A stretch of 36,908 nt of DNA from a virus (lineage: Duplodnaviria > Caudoviricetes). The notes under the pieces are model-generated. The model was given only the letters and a program-made list of their open reading frames with translations. It had not been told where the DNA came from and made no database searches. Each line of letters begins with the position of its first letter. Within the stretch, counting starts at the first letter, position 1. Position numbers and translations under genes: made by a program. The DNA lies in IMG/VR virus record IMGVR_UViG_3300033489_000033, positions 1-36,908 of that record; one strand, 5' to 3'. This document shows, in pieces, positions 24,133 to 33,124 of this stretch.

Positions 24133-24952
24133 GCTAATGGTGTTCACGCCGACATGGAAAACGGCGCGAGGAACGGCGATCACGCCGGAATGTGAGGCGG
24201 CGATCCGCTCGCAGAAATTGGACGTTGAGTGGGAGTGGTGGATCGGGACGAAGAATCCGTTTCCGATCCCGGACCATCGCAACGTATTTTTGCAATACCA
24301 GGCTGCGCAGGCCCGGTTCCTGGCGGGCGACTATTCGGCGCTGTTGACGTTGGAGCAGGACAGCGTGCTGCCGGACGACCGGGCGCTGCAGCGGATGCTC
24401 GACACGGACGCCGACGTCGTCTATGGCGTGTACATGTTGCGGCATGCGCAGCGCGCGCTCAATGCCTTTCTTCCGACGATCGAAGGCGGCGCGGACTCGA
24501 TCTCGCATCATCCCGGCAAGCTGGCGCAGGCCCGGCAAGCTGGCGCTTATCCGGTCTGGGGTGCCGGGTTCGGCTGCACGCTGTTTCGGCGTGACGTGCT
24601 CGAGCAGATCGCTTTTCGCAAGGGCGACGATGTCCTGGCCTGGTGCCCGGACTTGCCCTTTGCGCACGACGCATGGAAAGCCGGTCATCGAAGCCTGGCG
24701 CGCTTTGACGTGCCTGTCACGCACGTCGAGTATGGGCGCGCTATCCATCCCTTTGAGCCGGAGCCAGTCCATTCTGAGCGGTACGTTCACTCGATGTGGA
24801 AAAAGCTGGACATCTGGACGTGCTCCGAGTGTGGAAAAGAAGCCTGGGGCGACGAGATCGGCATCTGGAATCATTGGAGCCAGATGCACGCGCCGGCGCT
24901 GGCTGATAAGTCGGTCCAGCAGGGGGGACAGATTTGGCAAAGACTACTTTAA
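24125..24952 (+). CDS. GT-A/GT2-like glycosyltransferase with C-terminal zinc finger
   Basis: LTLEQD, GFGCTLFRRDVL, PDLPF, H; WTCSEC...HWSQMH. Confidence 0.82.
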   Translation: MPELMVFTPTWKTARGTAITPECEAAIRSQKLDVEWEWWIGTKNPFPIPDHRNVFLQYQAAQARFLAGDYSALLTLEQDSVLPDDRALQRMLDTDADVVYGVYMLRHAQRALNAFLPTIEGGADSISHHPGKLAQARQAGAYPVWGAGFGCTLFRRDVLEQIAFRKGDDVLAWCPDLPFAHDAWKAGHRSLARFDVPVTHVEYGRAIHPFEPEPVHSERYVHSMWKKLDIWTCSECGKEAWGDEIGIWNHWSQMHAPALADKSVQQGGQIWQRLL

Positions 24953-25278
24953 CCAAGTCTACAGCCGGCGGGAGCCAGGTCTATACGCCGGTCACGCTGA
25001 CGATGACGGCGGCTGACCCAACGAACAAGAACCAGTTCGCGGCGACCGGCCATGACTTGATCGTGATCCACAACACGGATACGAGCGCGCACACGGTCAC
25101 CGTCAACAGCGTGGCCGATACTTTTGGCCGGACGAAGGACATCGCGGCGGCCACCGTTGCGGCCGGCGCTTATGCGGTGATCGGGCCGCTCGACCTGACG
25201 GGCTGGGTGCAGGCGGACGGCTACGTATATCTCGAAGCGGACAGCAATAAGGTGAAGTTGGGAGTCATCGTCCTTTGA
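24934..25278 (+). CDS. Putative small virion protein
   Basis: TTG start with GGGGGA RBS; Thr/Ala-rich beta protein before the tail tube gene. Confidence 0.65.
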   Translation: MAKTTLTKSTAGGSQVYTPVTLTMTAADPTNKNQFAATGHDLIVIHNTDTSAHTVTVNSVADTFGRTKDIAAATVAAGAYAVIGPLDLTGWVQADGYVYLEADSNKVKLGVIVL

Positions 25279-25330
25279 GTTGGCCGCATCAACACTCCGG
25301 CGTCATGCCGGACATTCAAGGAGGATTGAA

Positions 25331-25762
25331 ATGTCAGACGCAATTTCAGCTTTTGGAACCCTATTGAAAATGGGCGACGGCGGGACGTCGGAGAGTTTCA
25401 CGACCATCGCCGAAGTCAGCGACATCAAAGGGCCCAAGCTCTCGCTCGACCCGATTGACGTCACGAACCACAGCTCGGCCGAGGCGTGGCGCGAGTTCGT
25501 GGGCGGGCTGCTGGACGCCGGCGAGGTGTCGCTCTCGATCAACTTTATGCCGGCCGACGCGACCCACGACTATAGCACCGGCATCATCTCCAAGCTGACG
25601 GACCGCGGGAAGCACAACTTCCAGATGGTTTTCCCGGACGACGGCAACACCACCTGGAGCTTTACGGCGCTGGTGACGGCTTTTGAATCGTCTGAGCCGA
25701 TTGACGACAAGCTGGCGGCCGACGTCACGCTCAAGATCACGGGCAAGCCGACGCTGGCGTGA
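25331..25762 (+). CDS. Major tail tube protein
   Basis: AAGGAGG RBS; IDVT...WREFVGGLLDAGE; LKITGKP. Confidence 0.9.
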   Translation: MSDAISAFGTLLKMGDGGTSESFTTIAEVSDIKGPKLSLDPIDVTNHSSAEAWREFVGGLLDAGEVSLSINFMPADATHDYSTGIISKLTDRGKHNFQMVFPDDGNTTWSFTALVTAFESSEPIDDKLAADVTLKITGKPTLA

Positions 25763-25771
25763 GGGGGAGCG

Positions 25772-26134
25772 ATGGCAATTCTGACTCGTGAGGCTATTCT
25801 GAATGCCTCGGACCTCCTCACGGAGGTCGTCGAGGTGCCCGAATGGGGCGGAAGCGTGATCGTGCGGGGCCTGAGCGGCGCGGAGCGCGACCACTTTGAG
25901 TCGTCCGTGGTGGAGATGGACGGCAAGAAGGTCAAGGTCAAGTCCGAGAACATGCGGGCCAAGCTGGTGGCTTTGTGCGTGGTGGATGAAACGGGCGCGC
26001 GCATCTTTTCCGACCAGGACGTGGCGGCGCTCGGGCAAAAGTCGGCGGCGGCGCTCGACCGCGTATTCCAAGCGGCCCAGCGACTCTCCGGGTTGACTGA
26101 GGTGGACGTCCAGGAGTTGGAAAAAAACTCCTGA
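25772..26134 (+). CDS. Tail assembly chaperone (G)
   Basis: VEVPEWGG; ends EKNS at the slippery site. Confidence 0.88.
   Translation: MAILTREAILNASDLLTEVVEVPEWGGSVIVRGLSGAERDHFESSVVEMDGKKVKVKSENMRAKLVALCVVDETGARIFSDQDVAALGQKSAAALDRVFQAAQRLSGLTEVDVQELEKNS
26122..26128 (+). promoter_or_regulatory. -1 ribosomal frameshift slippery site A AAA AAC
   Basis: X XXY YYZ heptamer in frame; -1 frame open to 26472. Confidence 0.85.
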
Positions 26135-26472
26135 CGCGCCCGCAGCGGCGCTTTTACTTCCAGTTGGCGCTGGCGCTGGGATGGCCCTCAGTAGCCTGGG
26201 GGCTGGCGCACATCTCGAGCCGCGAGCTGGCAGAATGGCAGGCGTTCTATGCCCTGGAGCCGTTCGGCGACTGGCGGGCTGACCTGCGGAGCGCGATCGT
26301 CGCCTCGGTGATCGCCAACGCGAACCGGGACGCCAAGAAGCGCCATAAACCGTTCGCGTTCAAGGACTTTATGCCCGACTTTACCCCGAAGGAACCCAAA
26401 TCGTGGAAAGATATCCTTGAGGTGGTCAAAGTGGCGAACGCCGTTCTAGGCGGAAGAGAGAAAAAGCGATGA
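26128..26472 (+). CDS. Tail assembly chaperone frameshift extension (T)
   Basis: RRFYFQLALALG...ELAEWQAFYALEPFG. Confidence 0.8.
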   Translation, partial: LLTRPQRRFYFQLALALGWPSVAWGLAHISSRELAEWQAFYALEPFGDWRADLRSAIVASVIANANRDAKKRHKPFAFKDFMPDFTPKEPKSWKDILEVVKVANAVLGGREKKR

Positions 26473-28589
26473 GCGTTCTCTCGACACTGATCGTCAAATT
26501 GGGCGTGGATGCAGGCGGGTTCCGCGAGGAATTGGAACATAGCGCTGCACAGGCAGCCAAATTTGGTGACAGCATCCAGAACGTTGGCAAGGTTGCCCTG
26601 GGCGTGGCCGGCGGCGCGATGGTCGCGCTCGGCGGGGCGGTCGCCGTCCTAGGCCCGCAGATGATCAGCGCGGCGAGCGACCTCAACGAGTCGGTCAGCA
26701 AAGCGAATGTCGTCTTTGGCAGTGCGATCTCGACAGTGGACGCCTTCGCTGCCTCCAGCGCGACCTCGTTCGGGATCGCCAAGCAGGCGGCTTACGAGGC
26801 GACCGGGACGTTCGGCAACCTGTTCACGACCATTGGGCTGGGTAAGAGCCAGGCGGCGGACATGTCCGTGGACATTGTGAAGCTGGCCTCCGACCTGGCC
26901 AGCTTCAACAACCTCAAGACCGCCGAGGTCCTGGACAAGCTGCGCTCCGGGCTGGTGGGCGAGACGGAGCCGCTGCGGAGTTTGGGCGTCAACATCAATG
27001 AGGCCGCCGTGCAGGCCAAGGCGCTCAGCATGGGGCTGACCAAGGGCAAGGCCCCGCTGACGGATGCGATGAAGCTGCAGGCCCGCTACGCCTTGATCCT
27101 GGAGCAGACTAAAACCGCGCAGGGGGACTTTGCCCGGACGAGCGACGGGCTGGCCAATACGCAGCGCATCCTCTCTGCGACGTTCAAGGATATTTCCGCG
27201 GACATTGGGACGGCGTTCCTGCCGGTGGTGCTGGGCGTGGCGCAAGCTGTCCAGCCGCTCGTCAAATCGCTGATGCCGGGGCTGCAGAGCGCGCTCAAAA
27301 AAATCGAACCGATTGCGACCAGCGTCGGCAACAGCATCGGCGTCTTTGTAGACGTGTTGACGCGGACGGGAGACCCGATCGCGGCGATCCGCGGCGCGCT
27401 CGACAATTTTCCCGATCTGCGTTCGACGTTCGACGGGATGGTGGCCGGCGTGCAGTCCTTCATCGCCACGATCCAGCCGACGATTGACCAGGTCACGGGC
27501 TGGATCAGCCAGAACATTTCGCTGAAAGATGTGCTGACGGCGTTGGGCATCGCCATCGCCTCGGTCGTCATCCCCGCCATCATTTCCATCGTGGCTGCTG
27601 CGGCGCCCATCGTGGCGGCGTTCTTGATCCTGGTGGGCGTGGCCGCGCTGCTGCGCACGGCGTGGGAAAACAATTGGGGTGGAATCCAGGAAAAGACGGC
27701 GGCGGTGTGGGCCTGGCTGCAACCCATTATCGTCGACCTAGTCGCGTGGCTGCGGAAGAATATTCCGGCGGCGCTCCAGGCGCTGTCAAATTTCTGGACA
27801 AACACGCTGTTGCCTGCGATCCAAGCAGCCTGGAACTTTATCCAGACCAGCGTTTTTCCGATGCTGCAAAATCTGTGGAACTGGCTTTCGGTGAATGTTC
27901 CAGCGGCTATCCAAACGCTGACGAATTTCTGGAATAACACGCTGATGCCGGCGATACAGGCGATCTGGAGCTTTGTTCAGACTTACTTGTTGCCGGTATT
28001 CATCGCTCTGGTAGATTTGGGATTGCATTTGGTAGAACTGGCAGTTGCAGCTCTGGCGGCGCTATGGACGACCGTGCTACTTCCCGCGATGCAGACGATA
28101 CACAAATTTATAGACGAGAAGCTCATGCCGATATTCAACACGGTGGCCGGCATAGTTAGGGACGTCTTGGGCAAAGCGTTCCTGTGGGTTGCTGAAAATG
28201 TGTTTCCTGTTTTTGAAAAAGCGATAGATGGCATCATTCGCGGCGTTCAGTTCCTTATCGGGATCATTGACGATGCGATAGCAGCGTTGAACAAATTGAC
28301 TGGCAATGTCAACGCCTCTCCCGTGATGGGCCATTCGCCTAGCCTGCTAGAAACGAGCCTCCTGGGCATCAACGCGGCAATGAGTGATTTGTCCCGAATG
28401 GCAATGCCTCGATTGGCGGAGGCGTTCATTCCCGCAACGGCAGGTTACATCCTGCCCAACGGGGCATCGCGGACAGGGCCGGCGTTCTCAGCCGCCGGCA
28501 TGCGGGGCGACGTGAACCTGTACGGCGACGTGGTGGTGTATGGGCACGAGCGGACGGTGCTGGAGGAACTGCAGGCACTGGTGGTGTGA
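26469..28589 (+). CDS. Tape measure protein
   Basis: Long Ala-rich helical protein with periodic Trp; follows the chaperones. Confidence 0.93.
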   Translation: MSVLSTLIVKLGVDAGGFREELEHSAAQAAKFGDSIQNVGKVALGVAGGAMVALGGAVAVLGPQMISAASDLNESVSKANVVFGSAISTVDAFAASSATSFGIAKQAAYEATGTFGNLFTTIGLGKSQAADMSVDIVKLASDLASFNNLKTAEVLDKLRSGLVGETEPLRSLGVNINEAAVQAKALSMGLTKGKAPLTDAMKLQARYALILEQTKTAQGDFARTSDGLANTQRILSATFKDISADIGTAFLPVVLGVAQAVQPLVKSLMPGLQSALKKIEPIATSVGNSIGVFVDVLTRTGDPIAAIRGALDNFPDLRSTFDGMVAGVQSFIATIQPTIDQVTGWISQNISLKDVLTALGIAIASVVIPAIISIVAAAAPIVAAFLILVGVAALLRTAWENNWGGIQEKTAAVWAWLQPIIVDLVAWLRKNIPAALQALSNFWTNTLLPAIQAAWNFIQTSVFPMLQNLWNWLSVNVPAAIQTLTNFWNNTLMPAIQAIWSFVQTYLLPVFIALVDLGLHLVELAVAALAALWTTVLLPAMQTIHKFIDEKLMPIFNTVAGIVRDVLGKAFLWVAENVFPVFEKAIDGIIRGVQFLIGIIDDAIAALNKLTGNVNASPVMGHSPSLLETSLLGINAAMSDLSRMAMPRLAEAFIPATAGYILPNGASRTGPAFSAAGMRGDVNLYGDVVVYGHERTVLEELQALVV

Positions 28590-28603
28590 GCGTTGCTGCA
28601 ACG

Positions 28604-28643
28604 CCCCCACCCCAGCCCTCCCCCGTTGACACGGGGGAGGGGG
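28604..28643 (+). repeat. REP-like palindrome
   Basis: CCCCCACCCCAG-CCCTCCCCCGT-tgac-ACGGGGGAGGG. Confidence 0.7.
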
Positions 28644-28656
28644 CAATGGAGTGGTA

Positions 28657-30597
28657 ATGAAGATTGTCAGTTACGGCGGACACTCGTTCGGGACGGATTA
28701 TAGCGCGGTGTTGCGCGAAGGCAGCGCGATCCGGCTGCCGGCGGCGCGGGTGCTGCTCGCCGAGCGCAGCGGAGCCTGGCCGCTGGTAGCCGGCTTGCAG
28801 CGTCCCGGCGAGCGCAAGATTTTGAGCCTCCACATTGATGACAGCTCCGATATCCTCGCGCTGCGCACTCAACTCTTTCAGTGGTTCGACCCGGAGAGCG
28901 AGGCGGTGCAGCCGTTGGTGGCTGAGGACGACGACGGGGACAATGACCGCTATCTGGAATGTCTGTGTGAATCGCTCGTGCCCTACGGGTCGGGCGACAG
29001 CATCTCGCCGGATTTGTTTATCGCCACGCTGGCGGTGCACGGGGACGTGCGCTGGCGGGCGTCCACGGAAGACGATGACGAGTGGTCTATCACGGCCAGC
29101 GGGCAGACGCACGCCATTGACAACGAGGGAGAGGATGAAGCCTACCCTATTTACACGATCGAGCCGACCACCGCCAAGGGCAGCAGCTATGTCTACCGGC
29201 GTTGGATCCCCGTCGCGTGGTTGTCCACGAATGGAAAACAGCAGTACCCTGTCATGGCGGCGCTGGATACGGCCGCGCTCGTGACTGCGGGCAAGATGTT
29301 GTCCAATGGCAATGACCTGCGAGTTCTGGTTGATGGAACCGAGGTTTATCGCTGGCTGGATGGGATGAACACCAGCGACACGCATATTTGGTTCAGCCCA
29401 GATTTCAGCGGCGTGACGCCGACGCAGTTGAAAACGGCCATCGCGGGATCGGGCGACGTGGATAGCATCGAGCTGGTCCAGGACATTAGCGGATGGCCCG
29501 ATAGCGGCGTTTGCTACATCGGCACCGAGGCTTTTGTTTACTCTGCCCGAAATGTGACGGAACGGTCGCTCTCGGGCATCGAGCGTGCGGCAAAGGGCAC
29601 CTCGGCGGGAGCGCATAGCATTGGCGACCGGGTTCACTGGATCCAGCACGACATCTATGTCGTTTACGGAAACTCGGCTGCCTCTGCCCCAACGGTAGAT
29701 GATCAGTACAAGCCGGCGTTCGAGCTTGACCAAAGCTCAAACGAGAGTTGGGTTTATGAAGTATTCAGCGAGATGGGATATGAGGATTGGGGCGATACGG
29801 GGATGATGACGGGCGAGCACCGCGCGGCGCGGTGGGATCACATGGGGAATCTCGTGATCGCGGGTGGAAACGGAGGGGTCTATACCGCCACGGAGCGGGG
29901 ATGGTCGTTCACCTACGACGTGGCAGGCGCGTGGATCACGTCGGGCGCGGGGCAGGCGTATGGTTGGACGCTTTATAATCCCTGCGGGATCACTAACGTG
30001 ACTTGGGCAGACGGGCTGAAACGTAGAGCCACCACAAATCCGCCGTTTGATTTTCTAGCTCATCTCATGTACTGGCAGCGCAGCCAATCCTGGTGGTCGT
30101 GGCAGGATACACCCGCCAGCCCCACTGTCATAAATACCTGGGAGGAATGGAGCTCTGGGCCAGCGGAGGACGATTTTGACCCCGTCGCGGATACGATTGG
30201 CATCGCTCTCTATTTCTTTCCTGCGGACATTGAGGTTGGAACGGTCACGGTTGACCTGAACGACAGCGAAACGCCGGTGGTGGCGGTCGGGGCCGAGCAG
30301 GGCAACTATCACTTGCAGGCCACGCTGACGAACACGACGACGGGCGAGGCCATCGCGCTTGATTTCGTGATGGACGTGAACAGCAGCCTGGAGGTTGACA
30401 CCTACAACAAGACCGTGACCTGGCTGAAAGACGGCTCGCGCCAGTTCCAGGCGTTGACCACCTGTGGGACGCGCACGACGTCGCTGGCCAAGCGCGCCTG
30501 GCTGCGCTTGCTGCCTGGCAGCAACACGCTCCGGTTCGACGACACCGGCACCGGCCACGTCACGTTGACGACCACGTTCAGTAAGCGGTACTATTGA
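28657..30597 (+). CDS. Distal tail (Dit)-like protein with large insertion
   Basis: Follows TMP; NEG...P near N-terminus and WLRLLPGSNTL at C-terminus. Confidence 0.7.
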   Translation: MKIVSYGGHSFGTDYSAVLREGSAIRLPAARVLLAERSGAWPLVAGLQRPGERKILSLHIDDSSDILALRTQLFQWFDPESEAVQPLVAEDDDGDNDRYLECLCESLVPYGSGDSISPDLFIATLAVHGDVRWRASTEDDDEWSITASGQTHAIDNEGEDEAYPIYTIEPTTAKGSSYVYRRWIPVAWLSTNGKQQYPVMAALDTAALVTAGKMLSNGNDLRVLVDGTEVYRWLDGMNTSDTHIWFSPDFSGVTPTQLKTAIAGSGDVDSIELVQDISGWPDSGVCYIGTEAFVYSARNVTERSLSGIERAAKGTSAGAHSIGDRVHWIQHDIYVVYGNSAASAPTVDDQYKPAFELDQSSNESWVYEVFSEMGYEDWGDTGMMTGEHRAARWDHMGNLVIAGGNGGVYTATERGWSFTYDVAGAWITSGAGQAYGWTLYNPCGITNVTWADGLKRRATTNPPFDFLAHLMYWQRSQSWWSWQDTPASPTVINTWEEWSSGPAEDDFDPVADTIGIALYFFPADIEVGTVTVDLNDSETPVVAVGAEQGNYHLQATLTNTTTGEAIALDFVMDVNSSLEVDTYNKTVTWLKDGSRQFQALTTCGTRTTSLAKRAWLRLLPGSNTLRFDDTGTGHVTLTTTFSKRYY

Positions 30598-31670
30598 TGC
30601 GTATTCTCCTGGGCAATCGTTTCGGGAAAATCATCGAGGAGGTGCAGCCCGACGTCGGGTCTGTGTCGTGGATCCTCGACGGAATCGGGCAGGTTGTGCT
30701 GACGTTCGCCAAGTCGGACTCCAAGGCGACGGCGTCGAATCTCCAGGTCGGCAACCGGGTCTACATCGAGATGGATCACGGCCTGCCGGCATGGGGAGGC
30801 ACGATCGAGGTACCCCGCAAATGGACGGCCGGGACGGTCAGCGTGAGCTGCTATGGGATCGAGTATCAGCTCTCCTCGCGCGTGACGCGCAAGAACGACA
30901 TTTTCAACGACCGTCTGGCCGGCTCGATCTTCTCTGATCTGCTGCTGCACGAGGAGCAGAAGGACCCGCTCGGGATCGTGCTGGGTAAGGTCTGGATGGG
31001 CGGGCGGCTGCATCGCCTGTCTTATCACTACAAGCCCGTCTGGCAGGTGCTGACGGACGGTCTGAGGAAATACGAGCAGTGTGATTTCAGGTTCACGCCG
31101 CTCCTGGATGGAAACACTATCCAGTTCCGCGCCGACCTGGGTCAAATTCTCGGCGAGGATCGCACGACCGCCGTGGCATTGGTCGAGGGCAGCGGCGCGG
31201 GCTGCAACGTCAGCGGGGATCTGACGCTGGAGGAACAGGGCGCAGTGATCAATGTCCAGTACACGGCCGGCAGCGGATCGTCCTGGGGAGATGACCGAAC
31301 CGTTGTCGTTGCGAAGGACTCGAACAGTGCGGCGCGGCACGGGCTGAGAGAAAAGCAGGCGACCTATTCCGGCATCGCTGACGTGGCGACGTTGCAGATG
31401 CTTGCCGAGCGAGCGCTTTCGCAAAATTCGGAGCCGCGCCGGATATTCAGCTTGCCGGTGCTGGACGCCGAGCCGGGCCGCTTTTCGGCCTACGGGCTAG
31501 GCGACGTGGTGCGGGCCGTTTTGTCCACGTATGGGTTTGGCGGATACGACGGCAAACTGCGAGTCCTGGCGCGCGAGTTCGACCCGTCGAGTGGGGGGTG
31601 CAAGCTGGTCGTCGAGGAGCAAAACGAGATCGTGCCCTGGATCTATACAGACGAGACCGGGGGAGCTTGA
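30594..31670 (+). CDS. Tail hub/Tal-like minor tail protein
   Basis: Position; YGLGDVV C-terminal motif. Confidence 0.7.
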   Translation: MMRILLGNRFGKIIEEVQPDVGSVSWILDGIGQVVLTFAKSDSKATASNLQVGNRVYIEMDHGLPAWGGTIEVPRKWTAGTVSVSCYGIEYQLSSRVTRKNDIFNDRLAGSIFSDLLLHEEQKDPLGIVLGKVWMGGRLHRLSYHYKPVWQVLTDGLRKYEQCDFRFTPLLDGNTIQFRADLGQILGEDRTTAVALVEGSGAGCNVSGDLTLEEQGAVINVQYTAGSGSSWGDDRTVVVAKDSNSAARHGLREKQATYSGIADVATLQMLAERALSQNSEPRRIFSLPVLDAEPGRFSAYGLGDVVRAVLSTYGFGGYDGKLRVLAREFDPSSGGCKLVVEEQNEIVPWIYTDETGGA

Positions 31671-31671
31671 T

Positions 31672-33009
31672 ATGTCGTTCAAGCGGGCCGCGATTCCGAA
31701 CAACCTGATAGATCGGGTGGATGAGCTGGAGAAACGGCTGGCCGACCTCACGATTGACGCGGTGACGCCCGTGCCCGATCCGGGCGGCGGCGACACGACG
31801 ATCATCGTAGATGGCAAACACATCATCCAGGACGAAGGCACGACGCTGGCTGCACGAAAGAATCTGGATTTCACCGGCGCAGGCGTCACGGCGACGGACG
31901 ACGCCACGAACGACAAGACGGTGGTGACGATTCCCGGGGGGGGTGGCCCGACTGTTGACACGAAGGCGAACCTGGAGGCCACAACTCCCGCCGAAGGGAG
32001 CCTGGGATTCTCGAATGACTCGCACGAGCTGGGGACGTACACCGGCGCGGCGTGGGAATGGCTGTCGGGGCACTTGCTTTCGCTGCTATTCGGGGATGGG
32101 TCGGACGGCGACGTGACAATCTCTGTGGACACGTTTCTCGATCGCACGATGTACTATAACAATTTGACTGTGTCTGCCGGTGTTGCGCTTATCGCGGGTG
32201 GATTCAAGATATTTGTGCGTGGAACATTGACTATCGAGGCTACTGGTAGCATTCGCCAGTATGCTCAGGTAGATATTGACGGCGGGAATGGAGATAATGG
32301 TACAGATGTTGCTGGTGGAGCGGGTGGGGCGGCGTGTGTGGCGGGCTATCCTGTAACGCAAGATCTGAGTGGTGCGACGGGTGGTGGAATAGGCGTTAGC
32401 GGAGACAATGGAGAAGATGCGCCAAACAAAGAGTTGTCGGTTTTGTATTATGATGCGGTAGATGGACAAGATGGATCTGCTGGTGGCGCTGGAGGAGTTG
32501 GCTCTGGCGGTTCTGGCGGCGCTGGTGAAAATATAAATCAGTTTTCTCCAGACACGGACATTCCTTATCGTTCTATTTTTGGCGCAGGAATGGTAAAAAC
32601 CAATGTAGGCGCTTTAGGAGTTCCAGCAATTTTGTTCAGCGCAGGACGGAATGGAGCCGCTGGCGGCGGAGGCGGAGGGACAGGCGGCGGCGGTGGCGGC
32701 GGCGGTGGCTGTGGATACACCGCTATTTTGCCTTTAGTTATCATCGCTCGCTACCTGATCAACAATGGAACGATATACAACAATGGTGGTGATGGCGGGA
32801 ATGGAGGAAATGGTTATGCGGGTCACGGCGGCGGAGGCGCGGGCGGAGCTGGCGGCAACGGCGGGATTGTCTTGATTGGTTTTTTCTCCAAAAGCGGTAG
32901 TGGAACGATAGACATTTCTGGCGGGAATGGCGGTTCTGGCGGGACAGGCGTCAATAATGGCGATGACGGCCCCGATGGCCTTGACGGCGTTGTGATTGAG
33001 GTGCATTAG
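31672..33009 (+). CDS. Tail fibre / receptor-binding protein with Gly-rich C-terminus
   Basis: Last tail gene; FGDGSDGD followed by GGxGGxGG repeats. Confidence 0.75.
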   Translation: MSFKRAAIPNNLIDRVDELEKRLADLTIDAVTPVPDPGGGDTTIIVDGKHIIQDEGTTLAARKNLDFTGAGVTATDDATNDKTVVTIPGGGGPTVDTKANLEATTPAEGSLGFSNDSHELGTYTGAAWEWLSGHLLSLLFGDGSDGDVTISVDTFLDRTMYYNNLTVSAGVALIAGGFKIFVRGTLTIEATGSIRQYAQVDIDGGNGDNGTDVAGGAGGAACVAGYPVTQDLSGATGGGIGVSGDNGEDAPNKELSVLYYDAVDGQDGSAGGAGGVGSGGSGGAGENINQFSPDTDIPYRSIFGAGMVKTNVGALGVPAILFSAGRNGAAGGGGGGTGGGGGGGGGCGYTAILPLVIIARYLINNGTIYNNGGDGGNGGNGYAGHGGGGAGGAGGNGGIVLIGFFSKSGSGTIDISGGNGGSGGTGVNNGDDGPDGLDGVVIEVH

Positions 33010-33081
33010 AAAAGAGAACTCTGCTGAGGCCACAGCGGAGTTGGCGGGACAGCCATGTTGCGTAAACCGGGCAAGACTATC

Positions 33082-33109
33082 AAGGGCGAGTGGTTGGCTT
33101 GCCCTTTTT
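33082..33109 (+). terminator. Intrinsic terminator of the late operon
   Basis: AAGGGCGAG...CTTGCCCTT followed by T-tract. Confidence 0.7.
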
Positions 33110-33124
33110 ATGTCTGCGGACATG

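Noticed and set aside
27750-28000. 45-aa duplication in the tape measure protein
   Set aside because: Ordinary periodic TMP repeats.
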